A stretch of 64,000 bases of DNA from Acidobacteriota bacterium (GTDB lineage: Bacteria; Acidobacteriota; Blastocatellia; RBC074), in the NCBI GenBank assembly GCA_022072205.1, contig JAJVID010000137.1, positions 12,331 through 76,330 of the forward strand, given 5' to 3'. Both the position numbers and the translations under genes were made by a program. The notes under the pieces are model-generated. The model was not told the DNA's origin, made no database searches, and saw only the letters and a list, made by a program, of their open reading frames with translations. Below, piece by piece: positions 24,855 to 34,400 of the stretch (its first letter is position 1; every line of letters starts with the position of its first letter).

Positions 24855-24914
24855 GAGCGCACGCTTCCAGCGCGCAACTCTGTGAGCGCACGCATCCAGC
24901 GTGCGCTCACAGAG
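24855..24914 (-). other. Intercistronic RNA structure: perfect 15-bp stem/7-nt loop hairpin plus a second copy of its 3' arm
   Basis: The hairpin has arms 24878..24892 and 24900..24914. On the mRNA, CUGGAUGCGUGCGCUCACAG is followed by the near-repeat CUGGAAGCGUGCGCUCCCAG, so the 5' arm GAGCGCACGC could pair with either copy. Confidence 0.7.
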
Positions 24915-24918
24915 ATCA

Positions 24919-26733
24919 TCAAGGATCGAAGCTGCGCGCCACGCGCAAAAGATCAACTCCGATGAAATCTTCCGCCCGCGCGCATTCTTCCAGCAGCGGA
25001 GTGTTCATCATCGCCGCTTCGTATATTCCCGGAAGACCGATGGCGTCGCGCGGCGATCCCATCCACTCGGACGGCGTGATGACCTGATAATTGCCGATCA
25101 CGCGATTTTTGATCGCCAGATGATGCGTCGTCATTCCGCGCCCCGATTCCCAGAATCCCACGCTGATCTTCCTGTCCGGATGTAAAAACCTGACGGACAT
25201 CGTCACCTCGCCCTGGCGAATGCAATCGAACGCTTTCAACAAATCGGCGTAGGCGACCATCACCGCGTAAGCCACCTGATAAGCCCTGGCCCGATTGCGT
25301 TCCAGCGCGTTCGGCCTTTCGGGGATTGACCACTGCAACGTAGTCGCGGGCCGTTGTCCCTTCGGCAAAAAAATTTCCAACCCTCTTTGCGACGACCTGC
25401 GCGATGACTTGATGAACTCGCAATTCTGCGCGCCGCCCGCTGCGTTGATCCACAAACGAGCCAGCGGCCCTGTCTCCATCGCTTCACGATCCCAGCGCGG
25501 CGCAGTGTTCCACGAATATCGTTCTTTCCAGTCGCGCGGCGTTGGAAAAGGAGCGGTTTCTTTGTTCCAGGGATGCCAGGGTGAAACCGGCCCGCTCAAC
25601 GGATCGGCTGGAACCTGTCCGCCTTCCCATTGCCCGTAATATGAATGATCAACAAATTCTTCGATGCCGATGTTGATGTCGGAGAGCCGGTCGGTTCGTA
25701 TCTCGCCGTTGATGATCACGCCCGGCGCCGACATCCGGCGCATCCCCCACTCGTTGCAGTTGGCGTAACTGGCGTCGTAACCTTCAGGATCGTCCCACAG
25801 CCCGACGCTGATCAGATTGCCCGGCAATTCACCCACGCGGCGATAACGAGGCTCGGCGTCGTAAAAGAAATCAACCAGATCGTCCCAGATGACCGCCAGC
25901 TTTTTGGAGTAATCCAGCAGCGCGTTGACGCGGCCCAGAACCTGATTGAATACCTCGCGGTTGGCTTCAATCCCGATCCCGCCAGGGACGATCGTCGCCG
26001 GATGCGGATGTTTGCCGAACATCAGCGTCGCCATCTCGCGGCCCAGCCGCGCCATCTGCAAAGCTTCAAGGTAAAGATGCCCGCTGATCGGGTTCATCCC
26101 GCGCATGATGTCGGCGACGGTTTCAAGCCCGTGCGCGTTGACGCCTGCGGCTGGCGTCTTCTGCGCCTTGCCCCAGAACGAGAGATTGGTGCGGCTGACT
26201 GCGCCTTCCGAATAATCAGGCCCCGCGAGCAGGAACAGATGATTGACGCATTCGCTGATCACTTCGCCGCAGGAACCCAGATTTCTTGCCAGCACAGCCA
26301 GCGGCGGCGGCGTCACGCCGGCGGCCATCTCCAGGGCCATCGCCGAAGCGATTGCGTGCGCGCCGCTCGAAGAACCGCAAACGCGGCTCGAAATGTGAAT
26401 CGCGTCCGACGGTTCATGGCCGTTCAGGGTCATCTCGCAGGCGCCCGATTGTCCGGCGAATTGTCCGCATTCGACGTGCGCGTCGAGCGCCCGCCGTTGA
26501 TCGAAATCAATCACTGTGCGCAGCGCGAAACGTCCACCGGTTCGCGTCACCGGCCCAATCTCGAAAGGCCTGACGTTTGGGTTGCTGGAAAGCTTTTCCA
26601 GCGTGCGCTCGCGGTTGAGCGCGCGTTGAATGCGGGGGTCGGGTGTGTAGTCGAAAGGGTCGCTGGCCTCTTCATCGCGCAAATGGGCGCGGCCATAAAC
26701 GTCGAATTTTATCGGAAGATTCTTGAAGACCAT
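24919..26733 (-). CDS. Degenerate [NiFe]-hydrogenase large-subunit homologue (HL-A); ends in TGA TGA exactly at the C-terminal Cys/Sec ligand position
   Basis: 604 aa, clearly paralogous to HL-B. L1 box reads [10 protein letters not shown] (second Cys lost, His kept). RIEGH position reads RTGGR. The C-terminus is ...RSFDP followed by TGA TGA. Confidence 0.75.
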   Translation of the reverse strand: MVFKNLPIKFDVYGRAHLRDEEASDPFDYTPDPRIQRALNRERTLEKLSSNPNVRPFEIGPVTRTGGRFALRTVIDFDQRRALDAHVECGQFAGQSGACEMTLNGHEPSDAIHISSRVCGSSSGAHAIASAMALEMAAGVTPPPLAVLARNLGSCGEVISECVNHLFLLAGPDYSEGAVSRTNLSFWGKAQKTPAAGVNAHGLETVADIMRGMNPISGHLYLEALQMARLGREMATLMFGKHPHPATIVPGGIGIEANREVFNQVLGRVNALLDYSKKLAVIWDDLVDFFYDAEPRYRRVGELPGNLISVGLWDDPEGYDASYANCNEWGMRRMSAPGVIINGEIRTDRLSDINIGIEEFVDHSYYGQWEGGQVPADPLSGPVSPWHPWNKETAPFPTPRDWKERYSWNTAPRWDREAMETGPLARLWINAAGGAQNCEFIKSSRRSSQRGLEIFLPKGQRPATTLQWSIPERPNALERNRARAYQVAYAVMVAYADLLKAFDCIRQGEVTMSVRFLHPDRKISVGFWESGRGMTTHHLAIKNRVIGNYQVITPSEWMGSPRDAIGLPGIYEAAMMNTPLLEECARAEDFIGVDLLRVARSFDP

Positions 26734-26790
26734 TCAGGCCCCTACCGCTACCGCAGGCAGGCAAAAATCTGCGGCGGATTCAGTCGGCGA

Positions 26791-26827
26791 TATTTCATAT
26801 TTCACATGCGCTATTTCATATGAAATA
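26791..26827. promoter_or_regulatory. AT-rich repeat/palindrome in the gap between the small and large subunit genes
   Basis: TATTTCATA at 26791..26799, and a perfect 16-bp palindrome TATTTCATATGAAATA at 26812..26827, inside a 135-bp gap in otherwise GC-rich DNA. Confidence 0.4.
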
Positions 26828-26868
26828 TGATCACGCCTCGGAATTGTTGCCTGCGCGCTTATTGACGA

Positions 26869-27732
26869 TCAAAACGCCGGGTCCGGACGAGCCAGAGCCA
26901 GATAACTATCCGCGAAGTCGCGTTCGGTGCAGCCGATGCAGCTTCCGCCGACGCGGGCGCATCCGCCGAAGTTTCTCAACCACCCGGTCACGGGAACCGG
27001 GCACTTGACGGTCGGGCGGTTCGACAGATCGAACCCGACCGCAGGCGGATATTCAACGCGTGGTGGCAACGGATACGTTTCGTGGTTGTAAAGCCAGCGA
27101 GGACGGCGTTCCTCATCCAAATCAAGGGGCACCAATTGAGCCAGATGGAGGAAGACGTATATGAGCGTCTCAATAAAACCTTCGCCAGTTGGAGCGCATC
27201 CCGGCACATTGACTACAGGCAATCCGCTGGAACTGAAACCGCCGCGACTTCTGAAATCGCGGCCCAGATAATCTTCCAGCCCTTTCGCGCCTGTCGGATT
27301 GCCGTCCGCCGCGGGAATGCCTCCCCAGCTTGCGCAACTTCCAATCGCTATCACAGCCTCAGCCTGCGGAGCCAGCCGGTTCACCCAATCGGCGACAGTG
27401 ACCGGACGGCCATCAGCGGAGGTTCCCAGCCTGGAGAAACTCCCTTGTCCAGCCCGCGATTCATCAGCGATGGCGCCTTCGAGCACGAGCACAAAAGGCG
27501 AGAGCCTTCCATCCGCAGCCTGCTCCAGATTCGCCAGGAAAGCGTCGCCGCTCTCCGTCGCCAGATCAGGATGAACGAGGATGACGCGCGGCACGTCGGG
27601 CACATTGCCCAAAATCAGGTCTTCGATGCCGGGTTCGGACGAACCCAACATCGCCATCGTGCAGCCGTCACAGCCTGCGCCGCTCAGCCAGATCAGATAC
27701 ACCGCTTCGAGCGAGGACACTTCGCTCTGCAT
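26869..27732 (-). CDS. [NiFe]-hydrogenase small-subunit homologue, no Tat leader, 8 Cys only
   Basis: 287 aa. [23 protein letters not shown] and VPGCAP give the proximal-cluster pattern. A C-terminal C-x13-C-x6-C-x2-C (…[11 protein letters not shown]) is present. There is no RRxF leader and no H-x2-C / C-x5-C distal-cluster pattern. aagaggag RBS. Confidence 0.8.
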   Translation of the reverse strand: MQSEVSSLEAVYLIWLSGAGCDGCTMAMLGSSEPGIEDLILGNVPDVPRVILVHPDLATESGDAFLANLEQAADGRLSPFVLVLEGAIADESRAGQGSFSRLGTSADGRPVTVADWVNRLAPQAEAVIAIGSCASWGGIPAADGNPTGAKGLEDYLGRDFRSRGGFSSSGLPVVNVPGCAPTGEGFIETLIYVFLHLAQLVPLDLDEERRPRWLYNHETYPLPPRVEYPPAVGFDLSNRPTVKCPVPVTGWLRNFGGCARVGGSCIGCTERDFADSYLALARPDPAF

Positions 27733-27873
27733 GCAACTCTCCTCTTAACTAAACTGCTCACCCAAATTTGAATGATCTGCAACAGCGATCAGCTAACGAA
27801 ATCGAAATTGATCCTAAATTGATCTGTGGCTATAAAATCCCGCTACAAAGGTGGGCGGATTATAAACGGATGA

Positions 27874-27891
27874 TTTGTTGCGCGCAACAAA
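27874..27891. promoter_or_regulatory. Perfect 18-bp palindrome TTTGTTGCGCGCAACAAA upstream of the hydrogenase-like operon
   Basis: Located 142 bp upstream of the small-subunit ATG in a 340-bp non-coding region. Candidate operator for a dimeric regulator. Confidence 0.4.
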
Positions 27892-27993
27892 CGCGAGCGA
27901 TCGCTCCGAGGATTTTGTCCTCCCGCTTAGGGCAATTAAGTTGAACGCCACCTTCTGCGGCTCTGCGGCATAGATACCGCCCCAAAGTTTCGT

Positions 27994-28010
27994 GGTTTGA
28001 TTTAGGCAGG
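27994..28010. repeat. Fragment related to the arm of the 40004..40238 element
   Basis: ggtttgatttaggcagg matches ggtttgattttaggcagg (40037..40054) apart from one T fewer in the T-run. It is flanked by an imperfect inverted repeat ctcccgctta / taagcggaga. Confidence 0.45.
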
Positions 28011-28073
28011 ACTTGGAGAGTTAAGCGGAGAAGAAAGCTGTCGCTTCTACCGTTTCATCGTTACGCTCGCGGG

Positions 28074-28988
28074 CTAAGTCCTCACTTTGATCCCTAAAAT
28101 CTTCGCGAACGTCTCGCCGTAAATTTTTCGGCGACTCGCTTCCGGCACATCGCAGGCATCGAGCATCGCTTCATAACGCGCAAGGCATGAGTCCAGATTC
28201 TCCGGTTCTTCGTCTGTGCCGAAGACGAGTTTCTCGAAGGCGTAGACCGCGTCCGGCGAACTGTGCGCCGTCGGGCCTTCCCACCAGAGATACTCTTTGA
28301 AGATTGCCGGATTCTTCCGCTTCTTGATGAGCGACGAACCGGTCAGGTCGAAATAAATGTTCTTCTCCCAGCGCGCGACCTCGGCGGCTTCGTCATACCA
28401 GGGATTGCCCAGGTGCGCTCCCTGAATCACGAGCTTCGGAAATGATCGCGCGATGGTGTGCAGAAAGGAAGGACGCATTCGCGCCATCGAAGACGGCTCC
28501 GGCTCGTCGCTCTCTCCTGAGACGATGCCGGTGTGAAAGAGCGCGACGAGTTTGAGCGCTTGCAGCTTTTCGTAGATCGGGAAATAACCGAAATCATCCC
28601 AATTGTATTTCGGCGTGTGCATCTTGACGCCTTTGAATCCGGCGTCGGCGAACTTTTGAATCTCGCTGATTACTTCGGGATTGTCTACGCTGACGTGGCC
28701 GTATGGGATGACGACGTCAGGGCGCTGCGCGGCGGCCTTTTTCACAACCTCGAATCCTGAGATCGGAGTCAGCACACAGGCCATCGCATTGCGCGAACTG
28801 TAAACTTTTACCAGCCGCTCGATATAATCCGGCGCCGCGCTGTAATGCTGATGAGTGTCAATAATGAAGCGTCGAGCCGGTGGTTTCGACTGCGGAGTTT
28901 GCGCGAAGGCGCGTGTCAATGCGCATCCCGTGGCTCCCGCCAATGCGCCCCTGATGAAATCACGGCGTGAATGAATCGTGTGCGCCAT
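28074..28988 (-). CDS. Amidohydrolase-2-type TIM-barrel metal hydrolase (Tat-exported)
   Basis: ORF trimmed to ATG 28988, giving the twin-arginine leader [29 protein letters not shown] metal motif; HTGI and late GTDE. Confidence 0.7.
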   Translation of the reverse strand: MAHTIHSRRDFIRGALAGATGCALTRAFAQTPQSKPPARRFIIDTHQHYSAAPDYIERLVKVYSSRNAMACVLTPISGFEVVKKAAAQRPDVVIPYGHVSVDNPEVISEIQKFADAGFKGVKMHTPKYNWDDFGYFPIYEKLQALKLVALFHTGIVSGESDEPEPSSMARMRPSFLHTIARSFPKLVIQGAHLGNPWYDEAAEVARWEKNIYFDLTGSSLIKKRKNPAIFKEYLWWEGPTAHSSPDAVYAFEKLVFGTDEEPENLDSCLARYEAMLDACDVPEASRRKIYGETFAKILGIKVRT

Positions 28989-29025
28989 AAAATTTGTCTC
29001 CTGGTCACGCCCTTCGGCTTTCGAT

Positions 29026-31275
29026 CTAATTCTCCAACCTCGCCGCCGCCAATGCGCTCGCGGGCACGTTGTGCCTCTTCGCATACTCCCGAATGACAGC
29101 GGCCAGATTCTCCATCCACTTTTCGAGTCCGACACTTTCTTCCGGCGCGATCATGTAGCTCAGATCCGGACGGCGGTCAGCCCAGTGATCCTTCGTGTCA
29201 TCCAACACGTGATAAAACTTCCGCCCGTTGACTTCCCTGCCTTTTGCAAAACGGCTTTTCTCCCAGACGGTCTTCAGTGATCGGAACGTCTCGATTCGTT
29301 CTTTGACGACGCCTCGCGCTCGATCGTAAGCGCCGACCAGATGTCCGATGGCTTCCTGGTGGCGGTTTTTCGCGGATTCCATCCGCGCGGTATTCAACTC
29401 ATCCTCGATCTTTTTCATTCCGAGGATCAGGCGATTGTGATGACCCGTCAGTTCGGCGAGCGAAAGCAATACTTCCAGGTTGTAGCGGTTGCGATCCGCC
29501 TTCAAAAAATTCTGGTGAATCCGGTGCAGGAGCAGATCGTTCTCAAGCGCCATTCGGCCGGCTTCTTCAACGCGCGCCGCATAACGTCCGACATAGACGG
29601 GAACGAAATCCAGGCCAGGCATGGACGGCAGAGCGGGAGCGGGCAGCGTCTCGTCGAACCGAACGACGCCGATCCCCTTGCCGTACGAGTTGCCATAACC
29701 CGGCCCGCGCACTTTCGAGACGACGCGATCCCACGACTTTTCAAAGAAGCGGGCCTGCGTTTGCAGCCCGCGATAAACTTCCGTCATCTCCGCCACGTTC
29801 GGGCCGTAGTAAATCTTCATAAACTCGGCCACAGTTTGTTCGACGGGCGGCGTACCCGGTGTCCAGCCGTATTCGGCGACGGTCGCCCACCCCAGCCAGA
29901 ACGTTTCGTTGTGTAAGCCCGAATCGCCCCAGGCCGCGCCGAACGTCCCGATGGGCTTGCCCTTCCAGGCTTTGCTGCCGAACGAAATGGCGTCGGCGGC
30001 AGAGCGCAAACGCCCGACGGACGGCCCGGAATCGCCCCCCGTATTCAAACTGCTGGGCAGATGATTCGGAAACAGATATTCTGCGCCTTGCATTGAGACG
30101 TAGGCCAGTTGCCGCATCCCCAATTCGTTTTCGGTTTTCAGATATTCCTCGTCGCCGATGATGCCATCAATCACGTCGGGCGGAATCATTTTCACGTGTT
30201 CGGGCAGCAGTGGATATTCGGCCCACACCAGAATCCGCCGTCCCCGACTCGCGGCAAAATCGCGCGCGCGCCGCACGAATTCCACCCATTTCAAGCTGCG
30301 ATTTTGTTCGTTGTAGGGTTGGCTGCATTTGCCGCAGATGCCCGCGTAATATACCTCATCGGTTGAGACATACAGGTAATCCACGCCCTTCGTCGCTTTG
30401 ATAACATCGTCATACATCTGAAAAATCAGCTTGTAACTCTCTTCATCGCACATGCACATCTGATAATTGTTGCCGTCAGAGCGTAGATGCGCGAATTGCG
30501 GATGCTTGAGCACATAGGCGGTATGCGCGGGCGCTTGAATATTGGGCACAACCTGAATAAACCGCTCCAGACCGTAATTGACTATCTCCTGTAACTCGGC
30601 GGTGGTGAATGCGCCCGGAGCGCCGATGACGGGATTAGTCGGATACTCGAACTTGTCTTCGAGTTCAAACGCGATCATGTTTATTTTGAAGCGCGCCGAC
30701 CAATCCAGATACCGCTTGAGCGTTTCAATGCGATCCTGATGATGCTTCGTGTCCCAATGCAAAAAGCGCAGTTGCAACCTGGGCCGGTCTTCGATTGAAG
30801 CGATGGGCAAAAGCAGCTTGCCGCGCGGGCCTGCCTTGAGCAGTTGCAGCAGCGTCTGCACGCCATAAAACAGGCCCTGCTCGGTGTTGCCGGTGATCTC
30901 GATTGAACCTGGCGCGATTTTCAATCGGTAGCCCTGCTTGTCAAGCTCCGGGTCGTCGCCGGCCTGGATCGCGCCTTCCGCCACCGAAAGCCGGATCACA
31001 TTTTTCGCCTGCCCTGCGGCAGGCCGTATTTCGATCAGGTGAAACTCCCGCAGATCGCTGAGCAGCGAACGAACCACAATGTGGTCTTTGGCCAGTTTCC
31101 CCGCATCGTAAACCCACGAGTCGTCAAATCCGATCTCGCCGCTTTGCAGTTCGACTTTCTGCGGTGTGGGGATCACCGAGTAACCGCGCAGAAACAATTC
31201 GGTCGGCGACTGGGCAAGGGCAGGCGCAATAGTGAACAGGAACAAACTGAACAGACAGGCGGCGCGAGTTTTCAT
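29026..31275 (-). CDS. GH20-like glycoside hydrolase (beta-N-acetylhexosaminidase-like)
   Basis: 749 aa. Signal peptide. N-terminal GH20b-like pattern (IPTPQKV...GYRL...[12 protein letters not shown]), then a TIM-barrel region with YVSTDEVYY at the position of the GH20 GGDE catalytic pair. Confidence 0.55.
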   Translation of the reverse strand: MKTRAACLFSLFLFTIAPALAQSPTELFLRGYSVIPTPQKVELQSGEIGFDDSWVYDAGKLAKDHIVVRSLLSDLREFHLIEIRPAAGQAKNVIRLSVAEGAIQAGDDPELDKQGYRLKIAPGSIEITGNTEQGLFYGVQTLLQLLKAGPRGKLLLPIASIEDRPRLQLRFLHWDTKHHQDRIETLKRYLDWSARFKINMIAFELEDKFEYPTNPVIGAPGAFTTAELQEIVNYGLERFIQVVPNIQAPAHTAYVLKHPQFAHLRSDGNNYQMCMCDEESYKLIFQMYDDVIKATKGVDYLYVSTDEVYYAGICGKCSQPYNEQNRSLKWVEFVRRARDFAASRGRRILVWAEYPLLPEHVKMIPPDVIDGIIGDEEYLKTENELGMRQLAYVSMQGAEYLFPNHLPSSLNTGGDSGPSVGRLRSAADAISFGSKAWKGKPIGTFGAAWGDSGLHNETFWLGWATVAEYGWTPGTPPVEQTVAEFMKIYYGPNVAEMTEVYRGLQTQARFFEKSWDRVVSKVRGPGYGNSYGKGIGVVRFDETLPAPALPSMPGLDFVPVYVGRYAARVEEAGRMALENDLLLHRIHQNFLKADRNRYNLEVLLSLAELTGHHNRLILGMKKIEDELNTARMESAKNRHQEAIGHLVGAYDRARGVVKERIETFRSLKTVWEKSRFAKGREVNGRKFYHVLDDTKDHWADRRPDLSYMIAPEESVGLEKWMENLAAVIREYAKRHNVPASALAAARLEN

Positions 31276-31345
31276 TGAGTAATTTCAACCTCACGTAAGT
31301 GAACTACTGATTTTCGGAGAATAACGAGACTCGAGGATCAAAAGC

Positions 31346-31383
31346 GCCGTCCCCTGCCAATTACGGCTTTGGCAAGGGACGGC
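31346..31383 (-). terminator. Rho-independent terminator candidate for the TonB receptor gene
   Basis: 13-bp stem (gccgtcccctgcc / ggcaagggacggc, 1 mismatch). On the minus strand it is followed by gcttttga, 24 nt after the stop. Confidence 0.55.
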
Positions 31384-31406
31384 AGATGAGAGGCGGCTCG
31401 CTATCG

Positions 31407-34400
31407 CTACCACTCGACGCGCAGCGAGAGTTGAATCGTGCGCGGATCGTTGGATTGCACGCCCAGGTTTTGCAAACCCGTGGTCGCATTTGGCGCCACA
31501 TCCACCGGATGATTGAAGGCATTGAAGAAATCAGCCGTGAAACGGATGTTCCCCTGTTCGCGGAACCGGAAGTTTTTGAACAGTGAAATATCCGCGTTCC
31601 AGAAACCCGGCCCGATAATGTTGGCGCGAGGGCTGTAGTTGTACAGATCTCCAATCGGCACGTTGCGCACTGTGCCATTCGCCAGCGTCACCGGAATCTG
31701 GTTATTGAAGTTCGGGCCAAGCGGACGCGCCACGCGCTGCCCGCGATCCAGCGGAACCAAGGCCGCCAAATTGCCGCCCGTCACGCTGGTGGCCGAAGCC
31801 GGGTTGAAATCGCCGCGGAACCACAAACGTTGCCGCAGACCGAAGATGTTCATTTCGGGGCGTTGATCCGCGTCAATCGTAATGTCACCGAATTGATAAA
31901 GCCCCGCTGCGGCGCTCATCCGCAAGCCGCTGCGCCAATCGCCGATGGCTGCGACCTGCCAGCCGCCAATGATCTGATTGGCGAAGCCGGAAACATCGCC
32001 GCCGAATTTCTTGCCACGTCCGAACGGCAGATCAACGATGGCGTTGTAACGGATGCGATGCATCGGAACCGCCGTGGAGCGAAAATAGACCAACCGCAGT
32101 CGCTCCTCGTAGCTCAGATTGGGCGCGCCGAACAACTGAATGTTTTCCGGCACCTCTCCGCCAAGCCCGCCTGAATTGATGTTCGACCCGCCCGAAGAGA
32201 ACCCATTCGCATCGGTGGTCGTCAGCGAACTGGTAAAGGTATAGAACCACTGGAACGCCAACCCCTGGGAGAATCGTCGTTCTAGTTCAACCTGTCCCGA
32301 GTGCGTATTGGAATACCCGGAGCGGTTCATGGCGCCATTGAAATTCCAATCGGGATTGGCCCGCAGCAAATCGCGATTCGAGGGCTGTGCCTGTTTGGTG
32401 CGCGAGACGTAGGTGTACTCGCCTTCGCGGGGGTTGACCGAGACGCGCTGTTCGAGGTCGCGCCCGTGTTCGCCGATGTAACTCACCCGCAGCGCTGTCT
32501 GGAACGGCAACTCGCGTTCCAGCGAGACGTGCCACGATTGCGCTCGCCCGTCTTTCCAATTCCGCCCATCCCAGGCCCGCATGACCGCCGCGCTGGGTGA
32601 GATCGGAACGATGCCCTCCGTGTCAACCTTGATGACGCCGATGAAATCCGACGCCACAGGCTTCGCAATCAGCGGGTAATTGAGAGTGGCGTTCTTGTCA
32701 ACAGCGCGATTCACGAAGCGCAGGTTCAAGGGCGGATTGGTGCGCGCCCCCTGCAGCAATTGCGCCAGTTGCATGGTCCAGAAATACTCGCCATAGCTGC
32801 CGCGCAGAACCATCTTATTACCGAGCCGGTAGGCTACGCCGATTCGCGGCCCGAAATTATTACTATCCGGCCGGAATAGGTTCTCAGGATAATTAGCGGC
32901 ATTGGCTGTCGTATAGGTCATTCCGCGCGCGCTCCACGACGCCAGCACCGAGGGCGGAATGCCCCGCAAATCCTGAATGCGATGATTGCCCGGCGTCAGC
33001 ACTTCAAATTTGCCGACAAAGGAATCGAGGTCAGTAGTCACCAGCCGATTGAACTTCTCACGGTACGGCGTCCAATTATCCCAGCGCAAGCCGAGCGTCA
33101 GCGTCAGGCGCTGCGTGGCTTTCCAGCGGTCGGTGAAATAAAATCCTTTCTCCGACTGACGGAAATAGAAGTAACCTCGATTGTATTGATTGGAAAGGTA
33201 TGTCGGTAAACCTAACAACAGCGATGCGAATCCGCTGCCGGTATAAGGCACGGCAGCATCGTCGGTCGGCGAATAAAGCGCCGTCCAGTCGCCTGAGATA
33301 TCGTGCGAGCCCTGAGCTTGCTGTAACTCGCGAACGTTGTTCCATTCGCGACGATATTTGCCGCCGAAGTTAATGGTATGTGTCCCCTTATTCCAGGTGA
33401 CGTTGTCCTCCAGCACGCCGCCCGTTAACCCCTGATCGTTGCGGTTGTCCGAGTCCCAGCCGAACCAGTCGTCATAAATCGTAGGCCAGCCGGTGACCCC
33501 GAACGGGTTGGGTAATCCCAGCCGCTTCGGCCAGTCCTCGAAATCAGCCAGCGTTCCCGAACTGTTATACGTGCGATGCGCGCCGATCAGTAGTTCATTA
33601 ACCAGCGTGGGAGAAAACGTATGCGTTTGCGTGATGGACAGGTTGTTGACATTGACGTCCTGTCGCCCGGTTCCCAACCCCGCTTCAGTGTTGATCGGAT
33701 TGCCATAGACGCCGCCTTCCGTCGCCGCTTTGCGCGTGGATCGCGTCCAGCGCGCCGACAGCGTGTCATTTTCCGAGAAATGATGATCGGCGCGCACCGT
33801 GATCTTGTTGTCATCGAATTTGCGGGGATAGAATTTGACGAAATTGTCGGCCAGATATGGATTGAGATTGTTGAGTGGCGTCGCCGTGAGCGATTGCATC
33901 ACTTTGGCAAAAGGCGAAATCCGGTTCGCCGGAATCTGATTGTTGGGGAAAGGCTGGCGCACGCCGTTGGCGTCGGTGGTCAGCGGATCGTAGATGATCG
34001 TCTTAATTCCGTTCTCGTCCACGCGATTGCTCAAATCGCCCGCCCACATCGCCGCCGTCGGGGTTTGTCTGTAATCGGTGATGCGGGACTCACGGCTGCG
34101 CAGGCCTTCATACGCGGCGAACCAGAAAGTTTTATTGCGCCCATCGTGGCCGAGAGGGCCGAAGACCGATTTGGGTAGCCAGAGCGGACCGCCCGCCGAG
34201 ATCCCGAATTCGTTGCGGATGAGTTGGGGCGGTTTTGTCCCCACGGCTGTCTCGCGCCGCCGCGCCTGCAGCCCGGCGGAGTTGTTGCGGTGGGTCTCGA
34301 AGGCCGAGCCGTGAAATTGATTCGTGCCGCTGCGGGTGGCAAGAATCACCGTTGCCGGACGCGAATAGCGCGCATCTGACCCCACGGTTTCGACGCGGAA

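Noticed and set aside
24843-24921. Restoring a DPCxxCxxH tail for HL-A by a +1 or +2 frameshift or sequencing error.
   Set aside because: I translated all three frames past ...SFDP. The +1 frame gives [15 protein letters not shown] and the +2 frame gives [10 protein letters not shown]. Neither recreates the motif, so a simple indel error does not explain the truncation.
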